From Saccharolobus islandicus REY15A (GTDB lineage: Archaea; Thermoproteota; Thermoprotei_A; Sulfolobales; Sulfolobaceae), in assembly GCF_000189555.1 (NCBI RefSeq), contig NC_017276.1: a DNA stretch of 64,000 nt, one strand, 5' to 3'. Under the pieces are notes generated by a model. That model did no database searches. It was not told where the DNA came from and saw nothing but the letters and a program-made list of their open reading frames with translations. Shown one piece after another: positions 61,583-64,000 of this stretch. The position numbers were made by a program, and so were the translations under genes. Positions within the stretch are counted from its first letter, which is position 1; each line of letters begins with the position of its first letter.

Positions 61583-63078
61583 TCTGGTGGTATCTCCTTA
61601 TACACTAACCTTAAATCTATACCACTCTTCTTCCTATAATAGTATGATGATACAAAAGTAATAACGCCTAATCCTATTAAGCTAACTATATAGGCTATTC
61701 CCGGCCAGTAAGGTGCACCGTTATCAGATATAACACCGAAGTAAGGATTAGTAAAGGCCTCGTATCCCATAAAACCCAAAAACACAATAGAAAGTAAAGC
61801 TGATATTAGCATACCCAAATTTCCCTCACTTAAAGCCTGCCTAATACCAGCTATTGAGACTAAAACTAAGTAGGCAATAGCCAAAGGAGTATAACTGTAT
61901 AAGGCCTCGTATCCGTTAGGACTTATTATTGGTACTGCTAAGAACACTAAAGTTACCGCAAAGTCTAGGAGATGAGCATAAGCTGGAGAGCCTTGCCTAT
62001 TTAACCTTGAAAACACCTCTGGGAATAACCTATCAAAGGAGAATGCAAATACGTACCTAGCGAAAACAACAACACCGAAAGCCATGACAAAAAACTCCCA
62101 AGCTATCAAACTAATCCCTATAAACCACTCTAAAGCGTAGCTATGAGATAAAGCAATAGCTACAGTCCAGAAGTTATAAGTACTTGATAAATATAAAGAG
62201 TAATTAAACCCATATCCTGCATCAATATCCATTAGCAGGAATGGGACAGTTATAAAGATAAGCGTTAACAAACTACCTAAAATTAAATTGTATCTTATCC
62301 CGCTCGTATTCTTTATCTCAGAAGCGACAGCTGGCCCTGCATATAACCAAATGTAAGCAAATGATGCAAAGTAAGGAATCATATAAAACGTTGAAGACAA
62401 ACTAAATGTTGGTCCCTTATAGGGTTGAACAGTTAAATTAAAGTCCTTTAGAAAAGGCTGAATTGCAGTATGAAAATCTGAAACGTTAAGTGCTAATACA
62501 AGAATTGCAACTAGAGTACCTAAAAGCGAAAGCATCCCTAGTGCTGACGTTAAAGTATAACCCCATCTTGGTCTGAGGATGTTAATAAGAATTATTATCA
62601 GAAATGCAAGCGCTGCTAAACTATAGGCTAGAATAGCATTACTAGTTGTAAACACATTATTAGCTAGATTAACCAGATAGGGCTGGGAATTCAAAGTACC
62701 AATAATTAACAATACAATATTTATTGCTGAAACAGAAAAGAATGCTGATAGTGCAAAAAACGGAGGCATATTAAAAGCTAATGCAACACCCATTATAGCA
62801 CCTAAAGGACCATTAAGCTTTCTAGATAGCCAAATATAATCACCTCCAGTCCTAGGAATTCTAGAAATAAAGTAAGTATAAAGAAATACAAGGGGTAAAG
62901 TGAATAGGAAAGTGAGCAATGAAGCTATCCATAATACCGCACCCTTGACTATGTAAGGACTTATCCCGATAAAAATTGCTAACCCAGCACCCATATTAGC
63001 TACATTTAACATTGTTGCATCCAGCAAAGAGACGTTTTTGGTAAGACCAGAAGTTTCCCTAACAAACAGCTTAGCCAT
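61579..63078 (-). CDS. APC-family amino acid permease
   Basis: [35 protein letters not shown]. Confidence 0.92.
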   Translation of the reverse strand: MAKLFVRETSGLTKNVSLLDATMLNVANMGAGLAIFIGISPYIVKGAVLWIASLLTFLFTLPLVFLYTYFISRIPRTGGDYIWLSRKLNGPLGAIMGVALAFNMPPFFALSAFFSVSAINIVLLIIGTLNSQPYLVNLANNVFTTSNAILAYSLAALAFLIIILINILRPRWGYTLTSALGMLSLLGTLVAILVLALNVSDFHTAIQPFLKDFNLTVQPYKGPTFSLSSTFYMIPYFASFAYIWLYAGPAVASEIKNTSGIRYNLILGSLLTLIFITVPFLLMDIDAGYGFNYSLYLSSTYNFWTVAIALSHSYALEWFIGISLIAWEFFVMAFGVVVFARYVFAFSFDRLFPEVFSRLNRQGSPAYAHLLDFAVTLVFLAVPIISPNGYEALYSYTPLAIAYLVLVSIAGIRQALSEGNLGMLISALLSIVFLGFMGYEAFTNPYFGVISDNGAPYWPGIAYIVSLIGLGVITFVSSYYYRKKSGIDLRLVYKEIPPD

Positions 63079-63082
63079 AATC

Positions 63083-64000
63083 TCAATTATGATGAAATAT
63101 TTTTAAAGTTATCTTACGAAAATATGTTCGGGCGTATAGTAGAGATATAAATAAAATTACAGTGATTAAGAGAGTAATTAAATTGATCATTATTGAAAAA
63201 GAGATAACATTATTATCATTATAGGGATACCCAAAAGCCCTACCCAATTGTGGATAAGGATAAGAGGAAATGTTATTGCCATTAAGTTCATTTTGTATAG
63301 AAATGTTATAAGGGATAAACATTACACCTATTAGATATGATAGAGAATTTCCAATAAAGAACAGTTTTACGCTATTAGAGACAGAAATATTACCTAAATA
63401 CGAAAATACAATAGAAATATTTGGAGAGGAAGTTGAAACAGAAAGCGAATAAGAACCATTAGTAACACCGAAAACACCTCCTCCAGGTAAAGAGACATAA
63501 ACTAGCACAACCTTGTAAAATCCTGGTTTCACTCCTAAATTAAGAAATGACGTATTACTAACAGAAATAAATGAAATGCTTGGGAATTCTGACAAAATTT
63601 CCTCATCATATACATTTACGTTTATTGTATCTGTGAAATTATTAGGATATGGTAAGTGCTTAACGTTTAGTTTAACCGGTAAGATACCTTGTTTATATGC
63701 AGACATTGCTAGAAGTTCAGCATATGTCACATTTCCAAAATAACCACCTATATACTTTGGAGGAATATCAAACATGAGATAAGAGGGGACAACGTTAAGT
63801 GAACTATTAGTATTAGGAATCTTTGGATATTCAAAATTTATGAAAATTGGGGAATTAATATTATACGTAAAGTCGTTGTTTTTGTATACTAAAAAGTAAG
63901 AGTCGTTATAAACTAGAGTGAAGACGTTTTTGTGAGAGTTAATTATGCTCAAGGTGTAATTATCATTAACAGTAGTAACAACGTATTGTATACCATACTC
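63083..64000 (-). CDS. Surface protein with C-terminal TM, 5' truncated by window edge
   Basis: Frame stays open to base 64000; many sequons; C-terminal TM. Confidence 0.75.
   Translation of the reverse strand, partial: EYGIQYVVTTVNDNYTLSIINSHKNVFTLVYNDSYFLVYKNNDFTYNINSPIFINFEYPKIPNTNSSLNVVPSYLMFDIPPKYIGGYFGNVTYAELLAMSAYKQGILPVKLNVKHLPYPNNFTDTINVNVYDEEILSEFPSISFISVSNTSFLNLGVKPGFYKVVLVYVSLPGGGVFGVTNGSYSLSVSTSSPNISIVFSYLGNISVSNSVKLFFIGNSLSYLIGVMFIPYNISIQNELNGNNISSYPYPQLGRAFGYPYNDNNVISFSIMINLITLLITVILFISLLYARTYFRKITLKIFHHN

Overview
Chromosomal window from a Sulfolobales archaeon, most likely Saccharolobus (Sulfolobus) islandicus or a close relative. This rests on Sul7d, Zn-ferredoxin, TreT, leaderless TATA promoters and about 35% GC (estimated by eye). 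It is mostly core metabolism: peptide ABC transporter, Bcp, HtrA, TreT, Hsp20, Pcm, TenA, TpiA, a prpD-prpB-CBS-citrate synthase operon opposite mdh, SqdB, BluB, a GS-like ligase, PNGase A and an S53 protease. There is no CRISPR array, tRNA or rRNA. Things outside the ORF track: four box C/D-type sRNAs; two IS200/IS605 elements with matching ends, plus a 42-bp end-only scar and a probable tnpB-tail remnant; a vapBC module between 199-bp direct repeats of a gene 3' end; a leaderless 22-aa Arg-rich ORF ahead of hsp20; an orphan Csx1 homologue with a degenerate HEPN site next to two putative RHH regulators; candidate operators; and an amidohydrolase whose metal-binding motif lies upstream of any canonical start codon. 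All family assignments come from motif recognition by eye; no database search was run.
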